Positions 13,557 to 26,621 of a stretch of 64,000 bases of DNA are shown here, one piece after another. The position numbers were made by a program, and so were the translations under genes. This stretch comes from Mobula hypostoma (Eukaryota): the NCBI RefSeq assembly GCF_963921235.1, contig NC_086108.1, forward strand, positions 104,906,001 to 104,970,000. Direction: 5' to 3'. Below the pieces are notes generated by a model, which saw nothing but the letters and a program-made list of their open reading frames with translations, had not been told where the DNA came from and searched no databases. The first letter of the stretch is position 1, and each line of letters starts with the position of its first letter.

Positions 13557-13978
13557 TAACAATTACAGCACAGAAACAGGCCATCTCGGCCCTTCTAGTC
13601 CTTGCCGAACTCTTACTCACCTAGTCCCACCAACCTGCACTCACCCCCTAACCCTCCATTCCTTTCCTGTCCATATATCTATCCAATTTAACTTTAAATG
13701 ACAACATCTAACCTGCCTCAACCACTTCTGCTGGAAGCTCGTTCCACACAGCTACCACTCTCTGAGTAAAGAAGTTCCCTCTCATGTTACCCCTAAACTT
13801 TTGCCCTTTAACTCTCAACTCATGTCCTCTTGTTTGAATCTCCCCCACTCTCAATGGAAAAAGCCTATCCATGTCAACTCTGTCTATCCCCCTCATAATT
13901 TTAAATACCTCTATCAAGTCCCCCCTCAACCTTCTACGTTCCAAAGAATAAAGAACCAACTTGTTCAACTGTTCTCTG
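13557..13978 (-). mobile_element. CR1-clade LINE 3' end, relatively intact
   Basis: SLERRRLRGDLIEVFKIMRGIDRVD...TRGHELRV...FFTQRVVAVWNELP. Confidence 0.9.
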
Positions 13979-14094
13979 TGACCAATGGAGGCAAGTTTGT
14001 TGTCTTATGCTGCTGTAGCCCATCCACTTCAAGGTTCAATCTATTGTGCATTTAGAGATGCTCTTTTGCAGACCATTGTTGTAACACATAGTTA

Positions 14095-14745
14095 TCTTGA
14101 ACACCTCGAGATTCATTTTCTTGCGGGCATTCACAGTAGAACAGATAAATATTTAAAAAAATTAGTGAAAAGCTAAACACAAAGACTGACAAGCAACCAA
14201 TGTGCAAAAGAAGGTAAAATGTGCAAATAAATGAATAAATAGTACTGAGAAGATAACCTGTAGAGTCCTTGAAGGTGAATCTGTAGGTTGTCGAATCAGT
14301 TCAGTGCTGAGGTGAATGAAGTTATCCACACCAGTTCAGGATCCTGATGGTTGAAGGGTAATAACTGTTCCTGAACCTGGTGGTGAGGGACTATAGGCTT
14401 CTGTACATCCTTCCCAATGGTAGCAGTGAGAAGAGAGCATGAGCTGGATTGTGGGGTCTTTGATAAGGGATGCTGTTTTGGGGTGGCAGCAATACTTGTA
14501 AATGTGCTCAGTGGTGGGGATGGCTTCGCTTGTGATGGACTGGGCTATATCTAACACTTTTCGTAGGCTTTTCTGTTCTTGGGCATTGGTGTTTTCATTC
14601 ATACCAAACCGTGATGCAACCAGTCAGAACTTTCTTCACCTGTAGAAGTTTGTCGAAGTTTTAGATGACAAGCCGAATCTGTGCATACTTTTAAAAAAGT
14701 AAAGGTGCTGTCTTGCTTTGTTTGTGATGGCAATAACATGCAGGT
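14095..14745 (-). mobile_element. Rex/Babar-type LINE fragment
   Basis: Minus-strand remnants SLRKVLDIAQSIT...ASLIKDP. Homologous to the other copies in the window. Confidence 0.72.
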
Positions 14746-15032
14746 AATACTTACCAGGCGATCCAATAAGGTGATTGTCATAACAAAACATGGTCCTTAT
14801 TTCATTTCACGTTCCACACTCGTACTAAACCTATTTGCTGAGAGGATACAAGCCCCCCACTGAGGGCTCATTCAGGATGAGCAGCTTCAAGTTCCTTCAT
14901 GTCAGCATCTCAGAGGAGCTATCCTGTTCCCAACACACTGGTGTAATCACCAGTGGTAATACTTCGTTAGCAGTTTGAGGAGATTTGGTATGCCAACTAA
15001 CATTATTAAAATTTTCTCCAGATGTGCAGTAG

Positions 15033-16338
15033 TGTCAGTACTTCCAGTTGACCTTTGTCTTTTTGTGTGTTTTGCCCCTAGCCGTCAGTCTGTGGTTTTG
15101 TGTTGCCATGTGCTCTTGTTTGTTTTCATGCCCCATGAGCTCCTGTCCCTGCTCCTGCCCCTGTATTACTGAGTACTCCGCATCTCCGCAACTACTGCAC
15201 AGAGTCTTGTCATCTTCAGAAGTTTTCTGATGACTCTGCCATAGTTGGGTGCATCAGCAAGGGAGATGAGGCTGAGTACAGGGCTACGGTAGGAAACTTT
15301 GTCATATGGTGTGAGCAGAATTATCTGCAGCTTAATGTGAAAAAGACTAAGAAGCTGGTGGTACGAATTGACAATAAACTGGACTGGTCAAAGAACATTG
15401 AGGCTGTCTACAAGAAGGGTCAGAGCTGTCTCTATTTCCTGAAGAGACTGAGGTCCTTTAACATCTGCCGGACGATGCTGAGGATGTTCTACGAGTCTGT
15501 GGTGGCCAGTGCGATCATGTTTGCTGTTGTGTGCTGGGGCAGCAGGCTGAGGGTATCAGACACCAACAGAATCAACAAACTCATTCATAAGGCCAGTGAT
15601 GTTGTGGGGATGGAACTGGACTCTCTGACGGTGGTGTCTGAAAAGGGGATGCTGTCCAAGTTGCATGCCATCTTGGTCAGTGTCTCCCATCCACTACATA
15701 ATGTACTGGGTGGGCACAGGAGTACATTCAGCCAGAGACTCATTCCACCGAGATGCAACACAGAGCGTCATAGGAAGTTATTCCTGCCTGTGGCCATCAA
15801 ACTTTACAACTCCTCCCTTGGAGGGTCAGACACTCTGAGCCGATAGGCTGGTCCTGGACTTATTTCCTGGCATAATTTACATATTACTATTTAACTATTT
15901 ATGGTTCTATTACTATTTATTCTTTATGGTGCAACTGTAACGAAAACCAATTTCCCCCGGGATCAATAAAGTATGATTATGACTATCTCACCCGTTTCTC
16001 ATTATTACCTGTTTTGCTGCCACTTCTGTCTCATTGTGCTCCACCTATCAGCTGCCTCTCTGTTTATTGCTCAGTGTATTTCAGTCCTGTGTTCTCACCT
16101 GTTTGTTGCCAGATTGTGCCCGTGAATTTTTTCTGAGCCTTTCCAGCATTCTGTACCCTGTCTGAATATCAACTCTGCCTCTTTCCCGACTCTGGTTTTT
16201 GGATTTCTCTGGACGTTTTGATCACTGCCTGAACCTTGGTGGCAACTTTGTTTGCACCTTGGGATTTGTTACTCAATTAATATTACTGTGTGCACAGTAC
16301 TGGGTCTGCAGTTGGATCCCTGCTCCAGTGCCCTGACT
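15033..16338 (+). mobile_element. Solo LTR of the same family as 53863-54349, interrupted by a Rex1-like LINE
   Basis: Starts TGTCAGTACTTCCAGTTGA and ends GCTCCAGTGCCCTGAC. Homologous to the reverse complement of 53863-54349. Sits inside a Rex/Babar fragment. Confidence 0.75.
15185..15985 (+). mobile_element. Rex1/Babar-type LINE 3' portion (RT end)
   Basis: HLQKFSDDSAIVGCISKGDEAEYR...LQLNVKKTK...LYFLKRLRSFNICRTMLRMFYESVVASAI. Tail CAATAAAGTATGATTATGACT. Confidence 0.85.
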
Positions 16339-16825
16339 GGTGGGGAACATTCTGTCTGGTATGGAAGCTCAAGCATGCAGTATTGTTGGAGGCTGAAGAG
16401 GGTTGTACACTCAGCGAGCTCCATCACAGGTTCAAACCTCCCCACCGTCAAGGACATCCTCAAGATGCAGTGCCTCAAGGAGGTGACATCCATCGTTAAG
16501 GATCCTCACCATCCATAACATGCATTCTACTTGCTACTGGTATTTAGGAGGCAGTACAGAAGGCTAATGATTACTGAATGGTCCAAGAACTCATGACCAC
16601 CACCACACTGTTCCTCTTCTGTACTATTATTTGTTTGTTTATTCTTGTAACGCAAAGTAGTTTTTAATGTCTTGCTTTGTACTGCTGCCACAAAATACAA
16701 AAAGTCATCACAAGCCAAGAGTGATTTTAAGGAAACATGTCTCAAGAGCCAAGGTAGTAGTAAAGACAACCGATGAAAGCAATGTGGTGTACAGGACCAC
16801 CTGTGGAGATGCAACAAGATGAGTC

Positions 16826-17765
16826 AGAATCAGGTTTATTATCACCGGCACGTGATGTGAAATTTGTTAATTTAGTAGCAGCAGTTCAATGCAATACATA
16901 ATCTAGCAGAGAAAGAGAGAAAAAAATAAAATAAAACAATAAATAAACAAGTAAATCAACTACATATATTGAATACATTTTTAAAAAAATATGCAAAAAC
17001 AGAAATACTGTATATTAAAAATGTGAGGTAGTGTCCAAAGCTTCAATGTTCATTTAGGAATCGGATGCAGAGGGGAAGAAGCTGTTCCTGAATCGCTGAG
17101 TGTGTGCTTTCAGGCTTTTGTACCTCCTACCTGATAGTAGGAATGAGAAAAGTGCACGCCCTGGGTGCTGGAGGTCCTTAATAATGGACGCTGCCTTTCT
17201 GAGACACCGCACCCTAAAGATGTCCTGGGTATTTTGTAGGCTAGTGCCCAAGATGGAGCCGACTAGGTTTACAAGCTTCTGCAGCTTCTTTTGGCCCTGT
17301 GCAGTAACCCCTCCATACCAGACAATGATGCAGCCTGTCAGAATGCTCTCCACGGTACAACTATAGAAGTTTTTGAGTGTATTTGTTGACATGCCAAATC
17401 TCTTCAAACTCCTAATGAAGTTTAGCTGCTGACTTGCCCTCTTTATAACGACATCAATATGTTGGGACCAGGTTAGACCCTCGGAGATCTTGACACCGAG
17501 GAACTTGAAACTGCTCACTTTCTCCACCTCTGATCCCTCCATGAGGATTGGTATGTGTTCCTTCGTCTTGTCCTTCCTGAAGTCCACAATCAGCTCTTTC
17601 GTCTTACTGATGTTGAGTGCCAGGTTGTTGCTGTGGCGCCACTCCACTAGTTGGTATATCTCACTCCTGTACGCCCTCTCGTCACCACCAGAGATTCTAC
17701 CAGTAATGGTTGTATTGTCAGCAAATTTATAGGTGGTATTTGAGCTATGCCTAGCCACATATTGG
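16826..17765 (-). mobile_element. Rex/Babar-type LINE 3' fragment with RT C-terminus
   Basis: ORF 17054-17974 contains YKFADNTTITGRI...LNISKTKELIVDFRK...FKFLGV...LLSGRRYKSLKAHTQRFRNSFFP. 3' tail AATAAACCTGATTCTGA. Confidence 0.88.
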
Positions 17766-18737
17766 GCAGTTAGGAAATAAACATTCAGCTCATTTACAGA
17801 AACATGAACCATTTCAGCTGGTCTGGTTGGAGCAGTCAAACTACCAGCAAACAATATGCCTTTAAACCTAATGCACTGGAACTTGCTTCTCCTTGGCGAT
17901 TTCAGTTGCTTCAAAATGCAGTTCCATTCACTCAGAATACAATATACACTTGTCTCCTGTGTAATCAAACACATCTATCTTTCTGATATAGCCAGCCATT
18001 TGTTTTTTTTAAATTTATGATTATTAACATACAGTACTCAACAGTTTATGAACCCATGACTTTGTCTGTTTACTGCGTTTTTTAAATCATGACCATTTTT
18101 CTCTCTCTCCTTTCTGAAAAGACAAGTGCTGCTCTGTTATTTTAAAAAATTGAATGCCTCTTTGCACTTCAACAGGTAGGTAGCCATCTCAGATTTAGTT
18201 TAAAACTACCTTGCAACCACTGTTATGTTTCGCAGCTCCAAATGTTCAAACTCATTGAAAGAAAAAGATGAGAGTCGGAAACGTGTGTATGGCAGTTTTG
18301 TTTTTACTTTAAACGAGGTGTGCACATCTGACACGCTGATGTGATGACGTATGCCATTCACATACTTTTACGCACTGTATAACCCACAATGAATTACTTA
18401 AGTGAACAAGACTGCATCATTATATAATATATTTACAATATTGTTTTAATATTATTGAAATAGTTACTCCCACCTTGGGGGAGAAACCTTATTTATGCCA
18501 CTCATGATTTTATAAACACTCTGTAAGGTCCATGTGGGAAGAGTGAGCAATGTCAAGTTCCTGAGTGTCAATATCTCTGAGGATCTGACCTCGACCCAAC
18601 AAATTTATACAGCTGCAAGGAACATAACTGTGGCTATATTTCATTAGGAGTTGGAAGAGATTTGGATGTCAGCAAAAACATTCACAAATTTCCACAGATG
18701 TACCAGAGAGAGCATTCTAACTGGCTGCATCACTGTC

Positions 18738-18766
18738 TTGTGTGTGTGTGTGTGTGTGTGTGTGTG
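18738..18766. repeat. (TG)n microsatellite
   Basis: Pure TG run. Confidence 0.95.
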
Positions 18767-19879
18767 TCTATATAGACACACACATGCACATATACACTTA
18801 CTATAATTCAGAGTTTTTTTTCTATTTTTATGAGTTGCATTGTAATGCTGCCACAAGGACAACAAATTCCACAACATATGCTGGTGATACACTGATTCTG
18901 AAAGTTGCTCTTCAGCTTCTTGTGCGGCAGGACAGAAAAATGCCCCAAAATATATACATCCTCTCTTATTTCTGGCAAGATCCTCACAAATATGTGACAG
19001 TAATAAACCAACATGGACCCTGGTGTACCACAAAAATAAAATTCTCGAGAACTGAGAGTTAAGACAGAGAGGAGAACGATGTCTTCTTCTGTTTCAATTG
19101 TTGAGAACAGCCAAGTGGCAAAGAAACAGCATCATCTCATTTGGGAGCTGTAACAACCTGTGGTCCTGAGAGTCATGGTTACATAACCTGTGCCACAGAG
19201 ATCTCCTGGGTAACAGGATGCAGTGTATGCCTTTGAGTGATCCCCACATTATATATGTGCTGTGTCGTGTGACATGACGACCACGGCCATGACCATGATT
19301 GTTCTTGGCAAATTTTTTGACAGAAGTGGTTTGCCATTGCCTTCTTCTGGACAGTGTCTTTTCAAGATGGGTCACCCCAGCCCATTATCAGTACTCTTTG
19401 GAGATTGTCTGCCTGGCGTCAGGGGTCGCATAACTAGGGCCTGTGCGATGTATTGGCTGCTCATTCAACCATCCACTGCGTGCTCCCGTGGCTTCACGTA
19501 ACCCTGATTGGGTGGGGGAGGGTGCTGCGCAGTTGCTACACCTTGCCCAAGGGTGAACAGCAGGCAAGCGGAGTGAAGGAGAGCGTTACCCCTCCTCTGG
19601 TAGAGATGTATCACCCAATGATATAAGTAAAATATAAAATTATGAGAGGCACAGGTAGGGTAGATGGATTCCTTCTTCCTCTGTGGTGAAATGTCAAATA
19701 GTAGACGGCATAGTTTTTAGGTGGGAGAGGAAATACTTAAAAGAGATATGCAGGGCAAGCTTTTTTTTTAAATACACAGAATGTGATAGTTACCAGGAAA
19801 TCGCTGCTGGGAAGGTCTTTAAAAGCAGATGTGATTGTTTGACAAGATAAGAGCCTATGGTATTACAGAAAAGATTTTA

Positions 19880-20925
19880 GCATGGATACATTTTTGGCTG
19901 TCTGGCAGGAAACAGAGAGTGGAAATAAAGAGGCCTCTTCTGGTTGGCTACTGGTGACTAGTGGCGTTCCTCGGGGTTTGGAATTGGGACCACTTCTTTT
20001 CACATTATGTGTCAATGATTCGGATGATGGAATTGATGACTTTGTGGCCAGGTTTGCAGATGATATAATGAGAGGTGGAAGGGCAGGTAGTGTTGAGGAA
20101 GCAAGGAGTCTGCAGGGAGAATGGGCAAAGATGTGGCAGATCGAATATAGTGAGGGAAGTGTATAGACATGCATTTTGGTAGAAGGAACAAAAGCATAGG
20201 TTATTTTTCAAATGGGGAGAAATTTTTAAAAAAATCAGAGATGCAAAGTGATCTGGAAATCCTTGTGTAGGATTTTCTAAACGTTAACTTACATATTGAG
20301 TCAGTGGTATGGAAGTTAAATGCGATGTTTACATTGATTTTGAGAGGACTAGAATATAAGAGCAAAGATGTGATGCTGGGGCTTTATAAGGTGTTGTTGA
20401 GACTGTACTAAGAGTATTGTGAGCAGCTTTAGGCTCCTTTTCCAAGAAAATGTGTTCTGGCATTGGAGAGGGTCCAGAGAAGGTTCATGAAAATGGTTCT
20501 AGGAATGAAAAGTTTAATCTGTGAGGAGCGATTGATGGCTCTGGACCTGTACTTGCTGGATTTTAGAAGAATGAGGGGGTATCTCATTTTAACCTGTCAA
20601 ATAATGAAAAGCCTAGACGGAGTAGACGTTTCCTAGAGGGCACAGCCTCAGAATAGAGGGAGTCCATTTGAAACAGAGATTAGAAGGAAATTCTTTAGTC
20701 AGATGGTGGAGAATCTGTGGAATTCATTGCCACAGATGACTGTGGAGGTGTATTTAAAGCAGCGGTTGATAGGTTCTTGGTTAGTCAGGGCATCAAAGAG
20801 TATGAGGAGAAGCCAGGAGAATGAGATTGACAGGGAAAATCAATCAGCCATGGTGGAATGGAGGAGCAGACTCGAGGGGCTGAGGGGCCTAGTTCTGCTC
20901 CTCTGCTTTATGTCTTTATGGTCAA
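19880..20925 (+). mobile_element. CR1-clade LINE fragment (RT + 3'UTR), decayed
   Basis: SGWLLVTSGVPRGLELGPLLF...VARFADD, and a 3' end ending TGTCTTTATGGTC. Confidence 0.88.
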
Positions 20926-21086
20926 AGTTTAACAAGCATTTAGACAGGCACATAAACCCAAGAGGTATTGATAGAGCGTAGAGCCAGATATTTTATTCCC
21001 CAGAGCAGAAATGACTAATGTGAGGGTGTATAATTTTAAGATGATTGGAAGAAAGAATAGGGGCAATATCAGAGGTAGTTTCTTTA

Positions 21087-22651
21087 CAAACCCTATTTCC
21101 AGAAAAGTTGGGATATTTTCCAAAATGCAATAAAAACAAAAATCTGTGATATGTTAATTCATGTGAACCTTTATTTATCTGACAAAAGTACAAAGAAAAG
21201 ATTTTCAATAGTTTTACTGACCAACTTAATTGTACTTTGAAACATACACAAATTTAGAATTTGACACTCAACAAAAGTTGGGACAGAGGCATGATTACCA
21301 TTGTGTTACATCACCTTTCCTTTTAATAACACTTTTTAATCGTTTTGGAACTGAGGATACTAATTGTAGTAGATTTGCAATTGGAAATTTTGTCCATTCT
21401 TGCTTGATATAAGACTTCAGCTGCTAAACGGTCTGTGGTCTCCGTTGTCTGATTCTCCTCTTCATGATGCGCCATACATTTTCAATAGGAGATAGATCTG
21501 GACTGGCAGCAGGCCAGTCAAGCACACACACTCTGTGTCTACAAAGCCACACTGTTGTAGCCCATGCAGAATGTGGTCTGGCTGAAATAAGCATGGACGT
21601 CCCAGGAAGAAACGTCGCCTTGATGGCAACATATGTCTCTCTAAGATCCTAATATATGCCTCAGAGTCAATGGTACCTTCACATACATGCAACTCACCCA
21701 TGCCGTGGGCACTGATGCACCCCCATACCATCACAGATGCTGGCTTTTGCACCTTTCGCTGATAACAATCTGGATGGTTGTTTTCATCTTTGGCACGGAG
21801 AACTCGACGCCCATTTTTTCCAAAAACTAGCTGAAATGTGGACTCATCTGACCACAGTACACGGTTCAGTCCATCTGAGATGAGCTTGGGCCCAGAGAAT
21901 TCGCCGGCATTTCTGCATAGAGTTGATGTATGGCTTCCTCCTTGCTTAATACAGTTTCAAGTTGCATTTCTGGATGCAGCGATGAACTGTGTTGAGTGAC
22001 AATGGTTTTCGGAAGTACTCCCGAGCCCAGGTGGCTATAATTGTCACAGTAGCATGATGGTTTCTTAGGCAGTGCCACCTGAGGGCTCGAAGATCACGTG
22101 CATTCAACAGTGGTTTCCGACCTTGCCCTTTACGCACTGAGATGTCTGAATTCTCTGAATCTTTTCACAATATTATGTACTGTAGATGTTGAAAGACCTA
22201 AATTCTCTGCAATCTTGCATTGAGAAATGTTCCTTTTGAACTGACTAACAATTCTCTCATGAATTTTGGCACGAAGGGGTAAGCCACGACCCATCCTTGC
22301 TTGCAAAGACTGAGCCTTTGATGGATGCTGCTTTTATACCCAGTCATGATCCCTCACCTGCTACCAACTAGCCTGCTTAATGTGGAGTCTTCCAAACCTG
22401 TTACTTGAATATTCTGTGCACTTTTCAATCTTATTTTAACTCTGTCCCAACTTTTGTTGAGTGTGTTGCAGCCATCAAATTCTAAATTTGTGTATATTTA
22501 CAAAATACAGTAAGTTGGTCAGTAAAACTATTGAAAATCTTTTCTTTGTACTTTTGTCAGTTAAATAAAGGTTCACGTAAGTTAACATATCACAGATTTT
22601 TGTTTTCATTGCATTTTGAAAAATATCCCAACTTTTCTGGAAATGGGGTTG
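21087..22651 (-). mobile_element. Tc1/mariner DNA transposon, full length, IR/DR type, inactivated transposase
   Basis: ~200-bp terminal inverted repeats (CAAACCCTATTTCCAGAAAAGTTGGGA... / ...TCCCAACTTTTCTGGAAATGGGGTTG) with an internal repeat of AAAAGTTGGGA, flanked by TA on both sides. Transposase pieces include GRKPLLNARDLRALR, WSDES, VMVWGCI and SPDLSPIENVW, with stops and frameshifts. Confidence 0.95.
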
Positions 22652-22744
22652 TACATAGAGAGTGGTAGGTTTGTGGAACAAGCTGCCGGGGTGGTGGTAG
22701 AGACAGATACATGAGGGGAATTTAGGAGACTCTTAGATAGGCAT

Positions 22745-23046
22745 GGCCAACTGGTTAAGATGTCGGTCTAGTGATCTGAAGGTCGCTAGTTCGAGCCTCA
22801 GCTGAGGCAGCATGTTGTGACTTTGAGCAAGGCACTTAACCGCACATTGCTCTGTGACGACACCGGTGCCAAGCTGTATCGGCCCGAGTGCCCTTCCCTT
22901 GGACAACATCGGTGGCGTGGAGAGTGGAGACTTGCAGCATGGGCAACTGCTGGTCTTCCATACAATCTTGTCCAGGCCTGCTCCCTGGAAACCTTCCAAG
23001 GTGCAAATCCATGGTCTCACGAGACTAACAGATGCCTATATAAAAA
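22745..23046 (+). mobile_element. tRNA-derived SINE with CORE-like domain and RTE-like tail, full length
   Basis: A box TGGCCAACTGG, B box GTTCGAGCC, CORE-like TGTGACTTTGAGCAAGGCACTTAACC. 10-bp TSD AGATAGGCAT at 22735-22744 and 23047-23056. Confidence 0.85.
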
Positions 23047-24412
23047 AGATAGGCATATGGTTGAAAGAAAAATGGAAGATTATGTGGAAGGGAAGGGTTA
23101 GATTGATGTAAGAACAGGCTGTGAGCTTGGCACAATGTAGTGGGCCGAAGAGCCTGTGCTGTTCTGGACTGTTCTATGGTTTATGGACAGGCAGGAGTGG
23201 AGTATGTTTGGGCAATGCAATTAGTTAAAATCAGTATGGTTGCTGCAGACAGTTTGGACAAACTGACTTGTCCTTGGGATGTTCTGTTAGCTGTATAATA
23301 GCAATGTTTTCTTGGCCATTTCCTCCGGATTGAAAACAGTTTGGTTGAAATTTCCTGTATGCAATTTACAGTCATGTTGCAACAGTGAGCACACGTTCAG
23401 ACCGTGCCACTGGGTGTGAGAAGCACTGTGAAATCTTGCCTGAAGACCCATGCTTTTCTTCCATTTGTCCACAAAGTGACGTCAGCGTAGAGCTGAAGAC
23501 CTCCAGCACGTTTTGTTTTTGTTGCTCTGACTGTGAGAAACTTCATGGGCACAAGTGTTATCATCAACCAACCATTATGTAAACAAGACTTTAAAGACTT
23601 TGATCCAAGTCAAATATCCCTGGAATAAACTCCTCTGTTACGTGCTTGTGGACACAACTTTGGACTGATGAACCTCAGGAAAAAAGGCCATTTCTGATGT
23701 CCCTCTCTGTTGGATATCCTCCATTCTATTCCTTACAAAAGCTATTTACTAAAGCTACAAATTTGGATTTAGATCAAACGCCAATCTACAAAAGAATGTT
23801 GAGGCTCTGGAGTCAATAGAATAGTTCACGATTAAGGCTTCTAGTATTTTTTAAGTAAAGCTCTGAATCTAACGTTGGTGTTAAGGAGTTTGTATAACCC
23901 ATGGAGGACAACATCTGAGTCCATATATTTGCCGTGAGTTAGCTAAACCACAGAAGGACATCAAGTATATACTGCACAGTCAATGTTTTGGGCTGAGACC
24001 TTTCATCAGCACTGGAAAGCAAGGGAACAAAAACCAGAATGATGAATGATCTCAGCCTGAAACATCGACTGTTTATTCCCCTCCATAGATGCTACCTGAA
24101 TACTGAATTCCTACAGCATTTTGTGTGTGTTGCTCTGGATTTCTAGTATCTGCAGAATCTCGTGTTGATAGAGGCATAGAGTCACAGAAATATACAGCAC
24201 AGAACCAGTTCCTTGCCGAAACAATTTAAACTACTTACTTCCATTGACCTGCACCGAGACCACAGCTCTCCATATCCCTATCGAAACTTCGCTTAACTGT
24301 CAAAATCAAGCTTGAATGCACCACTTGCGCTGGCAGCTCGTTCCACACTTGCACAATGCTCTGAGTGAAGAAGTTTCTCCTCATGTTCCTCTTCATCTTC
24401 TCCCCTCTCACC

Positions 24413-25307
24413 TGTTACATGCTCAAGGAGATCTATTTTTTTTGAGAGAATGATGTAATGGTCTTTTGGAGGTCACCTGATGTGATTCCCCCCCCCCCGC
24501 CGATGTGAGGTCACGTGATGACATGTGTCCCGTGACTATATAAGGGTTGACCCAGGTGATGCAGTTGGTTTCTGAGTTTGTAGATTTCCAGGTGGAACGT
24601 GCTGTGTCTCCGTTTCTGTTGCGTGTTTGTTTTTGTGACGCAGTTTCATTTTTAAAACGGTTGTATGTTCTATTGCAAAATACCATATTATTTGGACTGG
24701 AAATTTTTGCTAGATGTGTTGATTAACTCAATTCCAAAATTCAAAAGGAGAATGAAAAATTCATCGAAGTGCAGGATCGAAGGATCGAGAGAAGTCGGCA
24801 TCATTTGGCAGTTTAATAAAGGATCGACCTTTTTGAGTCTTCGTTGGAATAGCAACCTGCATCGAGATAACTCTTGCCAAAAGAGCAATGAGTTCATGCA
24901 AAGGTGTGCTCTCTCTCTCTCTGAAGGAATTTAAGGTCAGTCGATTTAAACTGTTTATTTTCGGCATCGTGAATCCTGTGGACAGAACCAGCAGTAAAGT
25001 TGGGTCTGTGAAGAAATCCTTCTCCAGAGAAGTCTCTCCCAATTGAACGTGTAAATCTGTTGGACTTTCGAAGTTATCACTTTAAGAACCATATCTGACT
25101 GTATCGCTTTAAGAACTGTTTTCGTATTTAACGCTTTAAGAACCAGAGCCGAGTGGTGAGTTGGTGAACGGCTGCATATCTGTTAACTTCCGGTTAAAGT
25201 TTTCGTTTGTTTTTTTTCCCCTTATCTTTTATCGGTGTTTAATAAATGTTTGGTTATTTTTATATAACCTGTCTCGATTGATATTCATTGTTGCCGTTTA
25301 CGTTACA
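24413..25307 (+). mobile_element. Solo LTR (895 bp) inserted in a CR1 fragment
   Basis: TGTTAC...GTTACA termini and a 4-bp TSD CACC on both sides. TATATAA at ~24537, AATAAA at ~25241. Flanks rejoin to a CR1 sequence (CTCTCACCTTAACCC). Confidence 0.88.
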
Positions 25308-25384
25308 CACCTTAACCCTTCACCTCTGGTTGTAGTCCCACGCAACCCCAGTGGAAAAAGCCTGCTTGCATTTACTGCATCTAT

Positions 25385-25880
25385 AACACCACAAAGCCAC
25401 ACTCAGGTTGGAGGAGCAACACCTTATATTTCATCTGGGTCGCCTCCAACCTGATGGCACGAACATCGAGTTCTTGAACTTCCGGTAATTCACCTCACAT
25501 TCACCATTCCCCATTCCCATTCCTCTCTCTCACCTTATCTCCTTACCGGCCAATCACCTTCCTCTGGTGCTCCTCCCACTTTACTTCTTTCCATGGCCTT
25601 CTGTCTGCTCCTGTCCAATTCTCCCTTTCACCAGCCCTGTATCCCTTTCACTAATCAACTTCCCAGTTCTTTACTTCACCCCTCCCCCACTCACCCCCCT
25701 CCCCCGGTTTCACCTATCACCTTGTGTTTCTTTATCTCCTCCCCCCACCTTCTTACTTTGACTCCTCATATTTTTTTCTCTAGTCCTAATGAAAGGTTCG
25801 GCCGGAAATGTTGACTGCACTCTTTTCCATAGATGCTACCTGGCCTGCTGAGTTCCTCTAGCATTTTGTGTGTCTTGCAC
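25385..25880 (+). mobile_element. Penelope-like element 3' end / pseudo-LTR
   Basis: RLEEQHLIFHLGRLQPDGTNIEF, a CT-rich tract, and a degenerate hammerhead at 25782-25816. Confidence 0.8.
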
Positions 25881-26621
25881 GAATAATATTGAATACCTCT
25901 ATCAAATTTCCTGTCAATCTTCTATGTTCCAAGAAATAAAGTCCTAACCTATTCAATCTTTCCTTAATACTCAGGTCCTCCAGACCCAGCAACATTGTTG
26001 TAAATTTTCTCTGTATTCTTTCAAACTTATTTACATTTTTCCTGTAGGTAGGTGACCAAAACTGCACACAATACTCCTAACCAGGCCTCACTAATGTCTT
26101 ATACAACTTCAACATAACATCCCAACTCCTGTACTCAATACTTTGATTTATGAAGACCAACGTACTGAAAGCTTTCTTTATGATCCCATATATATGTGAC
26201 TCCACTTTCAATGAATATTTCAGGTTTGTTAAGTAAGTTTGTATCTTTATTGACATCGATCTTTCTTGTGATCTATTGCAGACACACTGGTAAATATTAT
26301 GGTTTCCCATTCCATTGCAATCTCACCACTTACTGGGTGGATTATCTTCTCCCAAATCCCCTTGTTAGATTTATTCCTGGTTATTTTATACAGATGGCTC
26401 ATAGCTGTCCTCATCTCTGCAACTGGAGAGTAGCTCAGTTATTAAATGGCACTGTATAAACATACTTAGACATATATGAAAATGTGAATTTACTGTTGGC
26501 AAAGCAGTTAATGGCTCTTCTGTGTGCTAAACTTCTGTGAAGACCTCCCTGAAGAAATGAAGCCAACAGGAAAATTATTCTTCCCATTCATTTCACAATG
26601 GTGTCCTGTATATTTTCTATA

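Noticed and set aside
17054..17974. 306-aa ORF as a novel fusion gene
   Set aside because: Rex/Babar RT C-terminus with chance read-through into flanking unique sequence. No splice or domain support.
18221..18470. Possible additional solo LTR (starts TGTTATG)
   Set aside because: No clear CA terminus, TSD or second copy in the window, so it is left uncalled.
22742..22812. tRNA gene
   Set aside because: The A/B boxes belong to a SINE head. There is no complete cloverleaf or terminator, and the same holds for the V-SINE heads.
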